From the NCBI RefSeq assembly GCF_002479325.1, contig NZ_DLMO01000101.1:2414-66413 (forward strand): 64,000 nucleotides of DNA, read 5' to 3'. A program made the position numbers and the translations under genes. Shown here piece after piece: positions 21,230-32,769 of this stretch. The stretch comes from Brevundimonas sp. UBA7534 (GTDB lineage Bacteria > Pseudomonadota > Alphaproteobacteria > Caulobacterales > Caulobacteraceae). How positions within the stretch are numbered: position 1 is the first letter of the stretch; each line of letters starts with the position of its first letter. Below the pieces are notes generated by a model, which saw nothing but the letters and a program-made list of their open reading frames with translations, ran no database searches and had not been told where the DNA came from.

Positions 21230-21654
21230 GCGACCCGCACGCCCTGGCCGCCCTGCACGCGACCGCCTTTCCCGCGCCGTGGAGCGCGGCGGTCTTCGTC
21301 GATCTTCTGGCCCAGCCCGGCGTCTTCGCCGTGACCGAGGCGGACGGCTTCATCCTGATGCGCGCGGTGCTGGACGAGGCCGAGATCCTGACGCTGGCCG
21401 TGCGCCCCTCGGCGCGCGGCGCGGGCCTGGGCGGACGGCTGGTGGGGCAGGGCGCGGTGCGGGCGGCGCAGGCCGGCGCGACCCGGATTTTCCTGGAGGT
21501 GGCCGAAGACAACGCCGCCGCGCGCGCCCTCTACGACCGCGCCGGTTTCCGACAGATCGGCCGGCGGCGCGGCTATTACGACGGCGGCCGGATCGACGCC
21601 CTGGTGCTGGAACGCGACATGGCCGCGCCACCGGATAAGGCGGCGCTTCCCTGA
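21226..21654 (+). CDS. rimI: RimI-like GNAT N-acetyltransferase
   Basis: EAEILTLAV, RGAGLG, LEVAEDNAAARALY, GRRRGYY. Confidence 0.85.
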   Translation: MSDPHALAALHATAFPAPWSAAVFVDLLAQPGVFAVTEADGFILMRAVLDEAEILTLAVRPSARGAGLGGRLVGQGAVRAAQAGATRIFLEVAEDNAAARALYDRAGFRQIGRRRGYYDGGRIDALVLERDMAAPPDKAALP

Positions 21655-21681
21655 CGCGACGACAGCCCCTATTCTAGGGTC

Positions 21682-22161
21682 ATGGACCGGATCGAAAAAC
21701 TCTGCGCCGAGCGCGGCATGCGCATGACCGAGCAGCGTCGCGTGATCGCCCGCGTGCTCTCCAACGCCGAAGACCACCCCGACGTCGAGGAGCTGTACCG
21801 CCGCGCCTCGGCCATCGACCCGCACATCTCGATCGCCACCGTCTATCGCACGGTGCGGCTGTTCGAGGAGGCCGGGGTCGTCGAGAAGCACGACTTCGGC
21901 GATGGGCGCAGCCGCTATGAAGAGGCGGGCGACGACCACCACGATCACCTGATCGACACCCGCTCGGGCGAGGTGATCGAATTCTTCGACGCCGAGATCG
22001 AGCGTCTGAAGACCGAGATCGCCGAACGGCTGGGCTTCGAACTGATCGGGCACAAGCTGGAACTGTACGGCGTGCCGGTCGAGGGGGCCGAACCGTCCAA
22101 GCGCGAGGGGTTGATCTTCAAGCGTCACGCCGCCCGCGTCGATCCGGAGACGACGTCCTGA
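21682..22161 (+). CDS. fur: Fur family transcriptional regulator
   Basis: RMTEQRR, HPDVEELY, SIATVYRT, HHDHLID. Confidence 0.92.
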   Translation: MDRIEKLCAERGMRMTEQRRVIARVLSNAEDHPDVEELYRRASAIDPHISIATVYRTVRLFEEAGVVEKHDFGDGRSRYEEAGDDHHDHLIDTRSGEVIEFFDAEIERLKTEIAERLGFELIGHKLELYGVPVEGAEPSKREGLIFKRHAARVDPETTS

Positions 22162-22227
22162 CGTCGAAAGGCCCGATTCGACGTGCTGAAGTGGCGCGCA
22201 GCGCGATAGCGCAGTAAAGAGCCGCGA

Positions 22228-23644
<1,417 letters not shown>

Positions 23645-23655
<11 letters not shown>

Positions 23656-24631
23656 AAGCGAATTCATTCCCCTGAACGACGCCGAGCTGCGCGCGGTGGT
23701 CGGGCCCAACAGCCGACACGTCGCCCTGATCGAGGACGCCTTCAAGGTGCTGGTCGAGGCGCCGGGCGGCGGCGTGTCGGTCAACGGCGGCCCGCGCGAT
23801 CGCGGCGACGCGCGCCGGGCCATCGAGGACCTGGCCAAGCGCGCCGCCCTGGGCGCCGAGGTCACGGAGGCGGACGTCCGCGCCGCCCTGGGCCAGGCGC
23901 GCGGCGGCAAAGGCACGCCAGGCATGGCGGCGGCGGGCGTGTCCCTGCCCGGCGGCAAGCGCGGCGCGATCGTGCCAAAGACCAAGGCGCAGGCCGCCTA
24001 TCTGGATATGCTGGGCCGCTGCGAGCTGAGCTTCGGCGTCGGACCGGCGGGGACAGGCAAGACCTTTCTGGCGGCGGCCTATGGCGCATCGCTGTTGCGG
24101 CGCGGCCAGGTGGACCGGCTGGTCATCACCCGCCCGGCGGTCGAGGCCGGCGAGAAGCTGGGCTTCCTGCCAGGCGACCTGAACGAGAAGGTCGATCCCT
24201 ATCTGGCCCCCATCTGGGAAGCCCTGAACGACATCCTGGGCCCCGAGGACGTGCAGCGCCGTCGCGACAAGGGCGAGATCGAGGCCGCCCCCATCGCCTT
24301 CATGCGCGGCCGCACCCTGAGCCACGCCTTCATCATCGTGGACGAGGCCCAGAACACCAGCCGCCTGCAGATGAAGATGGTCCTCACCCGTCTGGGCGAG
24401 GGCGCGCGCATGGTGGTGACGGGCGATCCGTCGCAGATCGACCTGCTGAACCCGCGCGATTCCGGCCTGGCCCATGCGCTGCGGATCCTGGACGGGGTCC
24501 AGGGGGTGGGCATCCTGAAGTTCGCGGCCGAGGACGTGGTGCGCCACGCCATGGTCGAGCGGATCGTGCGCGCCTATGACGCCGACGCGGCGCGCCGCCT
24601 GCCCGCGCCCGACCTCGAAGACGACGCATGA
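23645..24631 (+). CDS. PhoH family ATPase (YbeZ-like)
   Basis: [37 protein letters not shown] start preceded by GGAG. Confidence 0.93.
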
Positions 24632-25083
24632 TCGAGGTCGAGGTCGAGGCGGGCGCCTGGACGTCCGCCCTGCCGGACGCCGAGGCCGTCGCCGCCCACG
24701 CCGCCGCCGCGGCGCTGGGGAGCGTTCAGGGCGACGTGGTCGTGCTGCTGAGCGACGACGCGGCGGTGCGCGACCTGAACGCCCGTTTCCGCGACAAGGA
24801 CCGGCCGACGAACGTGCTGTCGTTTCCAGCGCCGGAGAACGCCTTTCCGCATCTGGGCGACCTGGTGCTGGCCCACGGCGTCTGCGCCGAGGAGGCGCGA
24901 GTGCAGGGCAAGACCCTGGCCGACCATCTGAGCCACCTGGTCGTTCACGGCGTGCTGCACCTGCTGGGCCGCGACCACGAGGACGACGGCGAGGCCGAGG
25001 AAATGGAAGCCGAGGAGCGCGCGATCCTGGCGGGCCTGGGCGTGCCGGACCCCTACGCCGCCGAACGCGAGGACCAGGCATGA
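24628..25083 (+). CDS. ybeY: rRNA maturation endoribonuclease YbeY
   Basis: RDKDRPTNVLSFP, HGVLHLLGRDH. Confidence 0.95.
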   Translation: MIEVEVEAGAWTSALPDAEAVAAHAAAAALGSVQGDVVVLLSDDAAVRDLNARFRDKDRPTNVLSFPAPENAFPHLGDLVLAHGVCAEEARVQGKTLADHLSHLVVHGVLHLLGRDHEDDGEAEEMEAEERAILAGLGVPDPYAAEREDQA

Positions 25084-26732
25084 CGCCCGACGCCGTTCTG
25101 AACCGGATGGCCGCGCCGATCCGCGCCCTGCCCGAGCCGCGCCGCCGCTGGGCCTGGCGGGCGATCCGCATCGCCCTGGCCCTGCTGGCCGGGGCCGGGA
25201 CGGCCTTGGCGCATCCGCCGTTCGGGGTCCTGATCGGCCTTCTGGGCTATCCGCTGCTGATGATCCTGTCGGAGCGGTCGGACCGGGCGCGCGGCGCCTT
25301 CTGGATGGGGTGGCTGGCCGGGTTCGCCTATTTCTTCATCGGCTGCTGGTGGGTGGCCGAGGCCTTCTTCGTCAATCCCGAACAGGCGTGGATGGCGCCC
25401 TTCGCGGCCAGCCTGCTGCCCGCCGGACTGGGCCTGTTCTGGGGCGGGGCCTGCGCCCTCTATCGACGGTTCGCGCCGATCGGCGTGGTCAGGGTGCTGC
25501 TGTTCGCGGCCCTGTTCTGCGCCTTCGAATGGCTGAGGGGCCATGTGCTGACCGGCTTTCCGTGGAATCCGGCGGGCGCCAGCTGGCGCGCCGGCGGGGC
25601 CCTGTCGCAGTTCGCCTCGGTCGTCGGGGTCTATGGGCTGAGCCTGGTCACGGTGGCGGGCGTGGCGGCCCTGGGTCCCCTGGTCGGGCCGGGCCTGTGG
25701 CGAGGCCGCTGGACTTCGGCCGCCCTGGGTCTGGTCGCCCTGGCCGGGGTCGCCGCCTTCGGCGCGGCGCGGCTGGGCGGCGCTGAGCTGCGCTTCACCG
25801 ACACGGTGGTGCGGATCGTCCAGGCCAACGTGGACCAGGAATCCAAATGGACGCCCGAGGCCTACCGCTCCATCGTCGAGCGCTACCTGCGGCTGACCGC
25901 CCAGCCCGCCGCGCGGACCCCCGACGTGGTGGTCTGGCCCGAAGGCTCCCTGCCCGCCGCCGACTATCAGGTGTTCGCGCCCGGCGCCGGGGAAGGCGAG
26001 GGGATCGCCCGGGCCCTGCGGCCCGGCCAGACCCTGCTGATGGGACTGGCGCGGGGCGAGGCGGACCCGGCGGCGCCGGAGGGCGCGCGCTATTACAACA
26101 GCCTGTTCGCCCTGCATGACGAGGGCGGGGCGGGCCTGCGCGTCGCGGCCGTCTATGACAAGCACCGGCTGGTGCCGTTCGGCGAATATCTGCCGTTGGG
26201 ATCGGTGATGACCGCCGTGGGCCTGCGCAGCCTGGTGCATATGCCCAGCGATTTCTCCGCCGGACCGACGCCGGCGCCCATCGCCCTGCCGAACGCGCCG
26301 CCGGTCCAGCCGCTGATCTGCTACGAGAGCCTGTATCCCGGTTTCACGACGGGCGCGGCGGGCCGTCCGGCGTGGATCGTCAACGCCTCCAACGACGCCT
26401 GGTTCGGCAAGACCTCGGGGCCGCGCCAACACCTGAACCTGGCCAGCTATCGCGCCATCGAGACGGGCCTGCCCATCGCGCGGGCCACGCCGACGGGGAT
26501 TTCGGCCATGATCGACCCGTGGGGGCGGATCGTCGACGGCGAGCGGCTGGACCCCGGCGTCATGGGAGTGATCGACGCGCGACTGCCCCAGGCGACGGAC
26601 GCGACGCCCTATGGCCGATGGGGCGACGGCCTGTTCGGCGCGATGCTTCTGGCCAGCTTGGCCTTTGGCTTGTGGCCGGTCCGGGCGCGCTTTAAGGTCG
26701 GTTTCAAACCGGGACGATCGAGCGGGAACTGA
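25080..26732 (+). CDS. lnt: Apolipoprotein N-acyltransferase
   Basis: GFPWN, VWPE, YDKHRLVPFGEYLP, ICYE, NDAWFG. Confidence 0.95.
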   Translation: MTPDAVLNRMAAPIRALPEPRRRWAWRAIRIALALLAGAGTALAHPPFGVLIGLLGYPLLMILSERSDRARGAFWMGWLAGFAYFFIGCWWVAEAFFVNPEQAWMAPFAASLLPAGLGLFWGGACALYRRFAPIGVVRVLLFAALFCAFEWLRGHVLTGFPWNPAGASWRAGGALSQFASVVGVYGLSLVTVAGVAALGPLVGPGLWRGRWTSAALGLVALAGVAAFGAARLGGAELRFTDTVVRIVQANVDQESKWTPEAYRSIVERYLRLTAQPAARTPDVVVWPEGSLPAADYQVFAPGAGEGEGIARALRPGQTLLMGLARGEADPAAPEGARYYNSLFALHDEGGAGLRVAAVYDKHRLVPFGEYLPLGSVMTAVGLRSLVHMPSDFSAGPTPAPIALPNAPPVQPLICYESLYPGFTTGAAGRPAWIVNASNDAWFGKTSGPRQHLNLASYRAIETGLPIARATPTGISAMIDPWGRIVDGERLDPGVMGVIDARLPQATDATPYGRWGDGLFGAMLLASLAFGLWPVRARFKVGFKPGRSSGN

Positions 26733-26733
26733 C

Positions 26734-27141
26734 ATGGCGCGGGGCGACGACAACCAGGAACCGCACCCCGTCGATCGCCACGTCGGCCGCCGCGTGCAGG
26801 AGCAGCGGCTCAGCCAGGGCTTCAGCCAGACCGCCCTGGGCAAGGCCGTCGGCGTCAGCTTCCAGCAGATGCAGAAGTACGAGAAGGGCCAGAACCGCAT
26901 CTCGGCCTCCAAGCTGTTCGAGATCGCGGACTTCCTGAACGTCGGCATTCCCTATTTCTTCGAAGGCTACGGCCGCCAGCCGGGCCTGGCCGAGGAGGCG
27001 CAGGCCGGCTTCGACCACGAACACCCGGCCACGCGCCAGTCACTGGAGATCGCGCGCCTGGCCCCCCAGCTGCCGCTGCGCAAGCAGAAGCTGATCCTGG
27101 AGATGATGCGCGAAATGCTGGAGGCGGGTGGCGCAGAATAG
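26734..27141 (+). CDS. XRE-family transcriptional regulator (position resembles the Caulobacter lnt-linked XRE, CdxB-like)
   Basis: HPVDRHVGRR, GVSFQQMQKYEKGQNRISASKL. Confidence 0.88.
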   Translation: MARGDDNQEPHPVDRHVGRRVQEQRLSQGFSQTALGKAVGVSFQQMQKYEKGQNRISASKLFEIADFLNVGIPYFFEGYGRQPGLAEEAQAGFDHEHPATRQSLEIARLAPQLPLRKQKLILEMMREMLEAGGAE

Positions 27142-27222
27142 GCGCTGCGGCGGCCTGTCGGTGGATGCGCCCGCGCGCGCGGGCTAGGGTGGCGCCGCCT
27201 TCTTCCCCACGGATGCCCCCAC

Positions 27223-29385
27223 GTGCGCCTGCTCCTTCTGATCCTCGGCCTTTTGCTGGCGCCCGTCGCGGCGCAGGCCCAGGCCGCGCCATCGCCCGCC
27301 GCCGCCCTGGTCGGCCTGGGGCCGCAGAAGACCGAGCGGATCGAGGCCGAGCTGGTCCCGATGTCGCAATGGGCCACGCCCGGATCGACCCTGGTCGTGG
27401 CCGTGCGCCAGAAGATCCAGCCGGGCTGGCACACCTATTGGCGCAATCCGGGCGATTCCGGCGGGCCGACGACGCTGGACTGGACCCTGCCGGCGGGGGT
27501 GAAGGCGGGCGAGATCGTCTGGCCCCTGCCCGAGCGTCAGCGGCTGCAGAGCCTGGTCAACTATGGCTATTCCGGTTCGGTGCTGCTGCCCGTGCCGATC
27601 GAGGTTCCGGCCTCGTCCCCGCCGGGACAGGTGCTGGCGCTGCGGACCCAGGCGCTGTTCATGGTGTGCAGCGATCAGATGTGCGTGCCCGACGAACTGC
27701 CGCTGGCGCTGGACATCGAGGTCAGGGACGGCGCCGCGCCCCTTGATCCGACCTATGGCGCGGCCATCCAGGCGGTGCTGGCCGAGGCGCCGCGCCCGGC
27801 CCCGATCCAGGCGCGGATCGCGTTGCGGGACGGGCGGCTGACGCTCAGCGCCGCGGGCGGGCCGTTGGCGGGCGCCGACATCGGCCGGGCGCATTTCTTT
27901 CCGTTCCAGGGCGGGATCATCGACCATGCGGCCGACCAGACGGCGACGCGCGGCGACCAGGGCCTGACCCTGAGCCTGGCGCCCGGACGCGGGACGCGCG
28001 ACGGCGTGACCGGGCCGGTCTCGGGCGTGCTGGCGACCGACGCCGGCGCCTGGGAGATCACGGCCGAGTCGGGACCGGCCCTGGCGGGGACGACCGGGCG
28101 GGCCATCTCGGGCGAGGCGGGCGAACGGCCCGCGCCGGGGTCGGCCCCCGCAGCGACCGGCCTGATCCAGGCCGCGCTGCTGGCCCTGCTGGGCGGGCTG
28201 ATCCTGAACCTGATGCCCTGCGTCTTTCCCATTCTGGCGATGAAGGCGGCGGCGCTGTCGGCCTCGGCGCACGAGACGCGCGTGGCGCGGCGCGACGGCC
28301 TGCTTTTCCTGGCGGGGGTGCTGGCGACCTTCCTGGTCCTGGCGGGCGCCCTGCTGGCGCTGAGGGCCGGGGGGCAGGCGGTCGGCTGGGGCTTCCAGCT
28401 GCAGTCGCCTGCGGTGGTCGCGGGCCTGAGCCTGCTGATGCTGGCGACGGCGCTGAACCTGTCGGGGGTGTTCGACATCGGCGGGTCGCTACAGGGGGCC
28501 GGGCGGTTGTCGCACGTATCGGGCGGGGCGGGGGCTTTCCTGACCGGGGTGCTGGCGGTGGTTGTGGCCGCGCCCTGCACCGCCCCCTTCATGGCCGTTG
28601 CGCTCGGCGCGGCCCTGGTCATGCCGTGGCCGGCGGCGCTGCTGGTCTTCCTGATGCTGGGCCTGGGCCTGGCCCTGCCCTATGTCGCGGTCAGCCTGTC
28701 GCCGGGCCTGCTGCGGCGGTTTCCCCGGCCGGGGCCGTGGATGGAGCGTCTGCGGCGGCTGCTGGCCTTTCCGATGTACGGCGCGGCCCTGTGGCTGGCC
28801 TGGGTGTTCGCGCGCCAGACCGGAGGCGACGCCCTGGCCCTGTTGTTCGGCGCCGGACTGCTGCTGGCCCTGGCGCTGTGGCTGTTCGGCCTGAGACAGG
28901 GCGAGCGCGCGGCCGGACGAGGCGGCTGGATCAGCGGCGGCGCGGCGCTTCTGGCCTTGGTCCTGGCCGCGCTGGCGGGGGTCGCGGCGGCGCGGGCCCC
29001 GACCGTCGCGCCGGGCCAGGCCAGCGAGGGCGCGGCGTTGGCCTCCCAACCCTGGTCGCCCGAGGCGGTGCGCGCGGCGCAAGGTCAGGGCCGGCCCGTG
29101 CTGGTCAACTTCACCGCCGACTGGTGCGTGACCTGCAAGATCAACGAGGGCGCCGCCCTGTCCTCGCCGCGCCTGGCCGAGGCGATCGCCGCGACGAACG
29201 CCGTCTATCTGGTGGGCGACTGGACCCGGCGCGACGACGCCATCGCCCGCGAGCTGGAACGCCACGGCCGGTCGGGCGTGCCGCTCTATCTGGTCTATCC
29301 GGCCGGCGGCGGCGAACCGCGCATTCTGCCGCAGCTTCTGACCGACGGCCTCGTGATAGACTCCCTGCAGGAGGCCGCGCGCTGA
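27223..29385 (+). CDS. DsbD/ScsB-type transmembrane disulfide reductase
   Basis: GWHTYWRNPGDSG, alpha-domain CSDQMC, TM motifs MPCVFP and APCTAPF, thioredoxin WCVTCK. Confidence 0.92.
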   Translation: MRLLLLILGLLLAPVAAQAQAAPSPAAALVGLGPQKTERIEAELVPMSQWATPGSTLVVAVRQKIQPGWHTYWRNPGDSGGPTTLDWTLPAGVKAGEIVWPLPERQRLQSLVNYGYSGSVLLPVPIEVPASSPPGQVLALRTQALFMVCSDQMCVPDELPLALDIEVRDGAAPLDPTYGAAIQAVLAEAPRPAPIQARIALRDGRLTLSAAGGPLAGADIGRAHFFPFQGGIIDHAADQTATRGDQGLTLSLAPGRGTRDGVTGPVSGVLATDAGAWEITAESGPALAGTTGRAISGEAGERPAPGSAPAATGLIQAALLALLGGLILNLMPCVFPILAMKAAALSASAHETRVARRDGLLFLAGVLATFLVLAGALLALRAGGQAVGWGFQLQSPAVVAGLSLLMLATALNLSGVFDIGGSLQGAGRLSHVSGGAGAFLTGVLAVVVAAPCTAPFMAVALGAALVMPWPAALLVFLMLGLGLALPYVAVSLSPGLLRRFPRPGPWMERLRRLLAFPMYGAALWLAWVFARQTGGDALALLFGAGLLLALALWLFGLRQGERAAGRGGWISGGAALLALVLAALAGVAAARAPTVAPGQASEGAALASQPWSPEAVRAAQGQGRPVLVNFTADWCVTCKINEGAALSSPRLAEAIAATNAVYLVGDWTRRDDAIARELERHGRSGVPLYLVYPAGGGEPRILPQLLTDGLVIDSLQEAAR

Positions 29386-29413
29386 CTGCGGCCCGTATCA
29401 GGGAAACGCCGTC

Positions 29414-30083
29414 ATGATCCGCCGCCTGGCCCTCGCCGCCGTCGCCACGCTGACGCTCGCCGCCTGCCAACAGCAGGAGGCCGCCGCGCCCTGTTGAGAC
29501 CGCATCGACCGAACCGACCCCGGCCGCCGCGACTCAGGAGGGGATGGCCCCGGCCTTCACCCTGGTCGACGCCGAGGGGACGCAGCGGTCGCTGGCCGAC
29601 TTCAGGGGCAAGACGGTGGTGCTGGAATGGACCAACGAGGGCTGTCCCTATGTCCAGAAACACTATGGCGCGGGGGCCATGCAGGCGCTGCAGCGCGAGG
29701 CGACCGGCGGCGGCGTGGTCTGGCTGACCATCGTGTCCTCGGCGCCCGGGACGCAAGGCTTCGTTGAGGGCGAGACGGCGCGGGCCTTCAAGGCCAAGCA
29801 TGACGGCGCCTGGACCCACCTTCTGCTGGATCCGACCGGGGAGGTGGGCAAGCTGTACGACGCCAAGACCACGCCCGACATGCGTGTGATCGATCCGCAA
29901 GGCCGCATCGTCTTCGAGGGCGGCATCGACGACCGTCCGACGAACAAGCCCGAGGACCTGGAGGGCGCGACCAACTTCGTCCGCGCGGCCCTGACCGACA
30001 TGGAGGCGGGCCGCCCGGTCCAGACCCGCTTCGCCCAGCCCTACGGCTGCTCGATCAAATATCCGGAGACGGTGGAGGGGTAG
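29414..30083 (+). pseudogene. Peroxiredoxin-like redoxin lipoprotein (PrxL-type), +1 frameshifted near 29490 (real or sequencing error)
   Basis: ATG 29414 gives MIRRLALAAVATLTLAAC (lipobox) and stops at 29497. Removing one C from CCC 29489-29491 joins it to the 29544 ORF (EWTNEGCPYV, AKTTP, YGCSIKY). Confidence 0.75.
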
Positions 30084-30086
30084 GCT

Positions 30087-30448
30087 TCAGTCGGCGGGGG
30101 CGATCTCGATGACGATGCGTTGTTGGTCACTGCCGAACTCCGCCTTCGCCTGCCCGCCCCGCTCCATCGCCAGCGTCGGCTCGGCCAGTTTAGTCTCCCC
30201 GCGCCAGAGCGACGTGACCAGCACCAGTCCGTCGTCGGTCGGATTGAGAGTTGCATTGAAGGCATGGCCGCCGTTCTGATCCGATCCCTGCACGCTGACA
30301 TCGCCCTCTTCGGCGATCAGGGCCTGGCCCCGCATCTGCGCGACGCCGTGGTCGCTGACGGAATAGGAGACGACATAGCGCTTGGGGCTGCAAAGCCGGA
30401 CAGGCCGACCAAGACGACGCCGGCCATGAGGATCCGTGACAGGGTCAT
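30087..30448 (-). pseudogene. Small hypothetical exported protein or lipoprotein, apparently frameshifted
   Basis: GGAGA RBS and ATG 30448 give the signal-like MTLSRILMAGVVLVGLSG, but that frame stops at 30317. A shifted frame continues CSPKRYVVSYSV... into the 82-aa ORF ending at 30087. Confidence 0.5.
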
Positions 30449-30505
30449 GAGGTTCTCCGCACCAAACGAAACGACGATAGCTGAGTCCCGTCCAGCGCGA
30501 AAGCC

Positions 30506-30982
30506 CTACACCTCAGGCTGCGGCGGGGCGGTGATGACCTCGACGTTGTCGTTCAGCAGGTAGGACAGTTCCGACAGGGCCACGGCGCGTTCGGCGGCGC
30601 TCGGAGCGGCCTGGACGGCGGCGACCTTCTTGGGGATGTCCTCGGAGATGCCGCGCAGGATGCACTTCAGGTCGCCGTCCGTGCCGCGTTCCTTCAGGAT
30701 CAGGTGACCCTGCATGTCCAGCTGGGACAGGGCCTCGGCGCGGGTCTTGAAGCCGGTGAAGACCGGGCCGGCGAAGAAGCCGTCGGCGTCGGCGGCGCGG
30801 GACGCTGCCCAGCCGTCGACCAGGGCCTTCAATTCGGCCGAGCGGTTCACGATGTCCGCGAACAGGGGCTCGCCCGCCACCGACACCGGCGCGCCGGCGG
30901 CGGTGGGCGGCTGGGCCGCGGCCTGGGCCACCGCGGGATTGGAGACCATCAGGGCGATGGAAAGGGCGACGCCGCAGGACAT
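30506..30982 (-). CDS. Hypothetical exported protein (start could be 31015)
   Basis: Signal-like N-terminus (AVAQA), helical body DGDLKCILRGISED, typical codon usage. Confidence 0.7.
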   Translation of the reverse strand: MSCGVALSIALMVSNPAVAQAAAQPPTAAGAPVSVAGEPLFADIVNRSAELKALVDGWAASRAADADGFFAGPVFTGFKTRAEALSQLDMQGHLILKERGTDGDLKCILRGISEDIPKKVAAVQAAPSAAERAVALSELSYLLNDNVEVITAPPQPEV

Positions 30983-31104
30983 GGAGAACCTCGGGGGGCT
31001 GACTTCCTGTTTCAACGTCCGCTAGGACGTTGAACCGGGATACGCCCGACCCGTAAACGAGTGTTTACCCTACCGCCCGCCCCGACCGCTTCTGAGGACA
31101 GAAC

Positions 31105-32712
31105 ATGAGCCGCGACGCCGCCTGGACCGCCTTCGACCGCACCGCCGCCGAGGCCGGAAAGACCCGCATCGTGGATCAGTTCGCCGCCGATCCCGGGCGG
31201 CTGGCGCGGATGTCGGTCGAGGCGGCGGGGCTCTATCTGGATCTGTCGAAGCAGAGCTGGACCAAGGCCGCCTTCGACGCCTGCCTGGACCTGGCGCGCG
31301 CCTGCGACGTGGAGGGGCGACGGTCGGCCCTGTTCGGCGGCGAGGCCGTCAATCTGACCGAGGGCCGCGCGGTGCTGCACCCGGCCCTGCGCGCGGCGGC
31401 GGGCGCGGACTTCCACGCCCTGGGCGAGCCGGTCTCGGCCGAGGTGGACGCCGTGCGCGCCGACATGAAGGCCTATGCCGAGGCCGTGCGGTCGGGCGCC
31501 GAGGCGGGGGCGACGGGCCAGCCGTTCAAGGCCATCGTCCACGTCGGCATCGGCGGATCGGATTTGGGGCCGCGCGTGGTGTGGGACGCGCTGCGCCCGC
31601 TGGACCCGGCCATCGACCTGCGCTTCGTCGCCAACATCGACCCACGCGACATGGCCGAGGCCCTGACCGGGCTCGACCCCGCGACCACCCTGGTCGTGGT
31701 GGTGTCCAAGACCTTCACCACCCAGGAGACCCTGGCCAACGCCGAGGCGGCCAAGGCCTGGCTTCAGGCGTCGCTTCCGGCCGAGGGCATGACCCGGCAC
31801 TTCATCGGCGTGACGGCGGCGCCGGACAAGGCCGCGGCCTTCGGCTGCGGACGGACCTTCGCCTTCCGGGACTGGGTCGGCGGGCGTTATTCGCTGTGGT
31901 CGGCGGTCAGCCTGTCATGCGGCATCGCCCTGGGCTGGGACGTGTTCGAGGCCATGCTGGCCGGGGCGGCGGAGATGGACGACCATTTCGTCGCGGCCCC
32001 CCTGGAGGCGAACGCGCCGGTGCTGCTGGCCCTGGCCCAAGTGTTCAATGTCGACGGCCTGAATCGCACGGCGCGAACGGTGGCGCCCTACGCCCATGCG
32101 CTGCGCCGCCTGCCGTCCTTCCTGCAGCAGCTGGAGATGGAGTCGAACGGCAAGCGGGTGCATCGCGACGGAACGCCGGTGACGCGCCAGACCTGCCCGG
32201 TCGTCTTCGGCGAGCCCGGCACCAACGGCCAGCACGCCTTCTTCCAGCAGATCCACCAGGGGCCGCAGGTGGTTCCGGCCGAGTTCGTGATCGTGGCCCG
32301 CACATATGAAGACGCGCCCGAGTCGCCCCTCTGGTCCAACGCCCTGGCCCAGGGCCAGGCCCTGATGCTGGGCAAGACGACCGAAGCCGCCAAGGCCGAA
32401 GGTCTGGCGCAGGGGTTGTCGGAAGAAGAGGCGGCACGCCTGGCGCCCCATCGCACCTTCACCGGCAACCGGCCCTCGACCGCCATCGTCATGGACCGCC
32501 TGACGCCCCGGACGCTGGGCGCCCTGATCGCCCTCTATGAGCACAAGACCTTCGTCGAGGGCGTGATCTGGGACATCAACAGCTTCGACCAGTGGGGCGT
32601 GGAGCTGGGCAAGGTGCTGGCCAAGGCGATCCTGAAGGACGTCCAGGCGGGGGGCCCCAGCGCGGATTTGGACCCGTCCACCGCCGCCCTGATGACGCGG
32701 CTGATGAACTGA
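31105..32712 (+). CDS. pgi: Glucose-6-phosphate isomerase
   Basis: GIGGSDLGP, SKTFTTQET, VGGRYSLWS, QQLEMESNGK, DQWGVELGK. Confidence 0.97.
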   Translation: MSRDAAWTAFDRTAAEAGKTRIVDQFAADPGRLARMSVEAAGLYLDLSKQSWTKAAFDACLDLARACDVEGRRSALFGGEAVNLTEGRAVLHPALRAAAGADFHALGEPVSAEVDAVRADMKAYAEAVRSGAEAGATGQPFKAIVHVGIGGSDLGPRVVWDALRPLDPAIDLRFVANIDPRDMAEALTGLDPATTLVVVVSKTFTTQETLANAEAAKAWLQASLPAEGMTRHFIGVTAAPDKAAAFGCGRTFAFRDWVGGRYSLWSAVSLSCGIALGWDVFEAMLAGAAEMDDHFVAAPLEANAPVLLALAQVFNVDGLNRTARTVAPYAHALRRLPSFLQQLEMESNGKRVHRDGTPVTRQTCPVVFGEPGTNGQHAFFQQIHQGPQVVPAEFVIVARTYEDAPESPLWSNALAQGQALMLGKTTEAAKAEGLAQGLSEEEAARLAPHRTFTGNRPSTAIVMDRLTPRTLGALIALYEHKTFVEGVIWDINSFDQWGVELGKVLAKAILKDVQAGGPSADLDPSTAALMTRLMN

Positions 32713-32718
32713 CACATG

Positions 32719-32747
32719 AAAAAGGGCGCCCCGATCGGAGCGCCCTT
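32719..32747 (-). terminator. Rho-independent terminator between convergent pgi and the glycine-zipper gene
   Basis: AAGGGCGC...GCGCCCTT stem, with a T-run on the minus strand. Confidence 0.7.
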
Positions 32748-32769
32748 CCTCATTCCCGACGTCTAGGCC

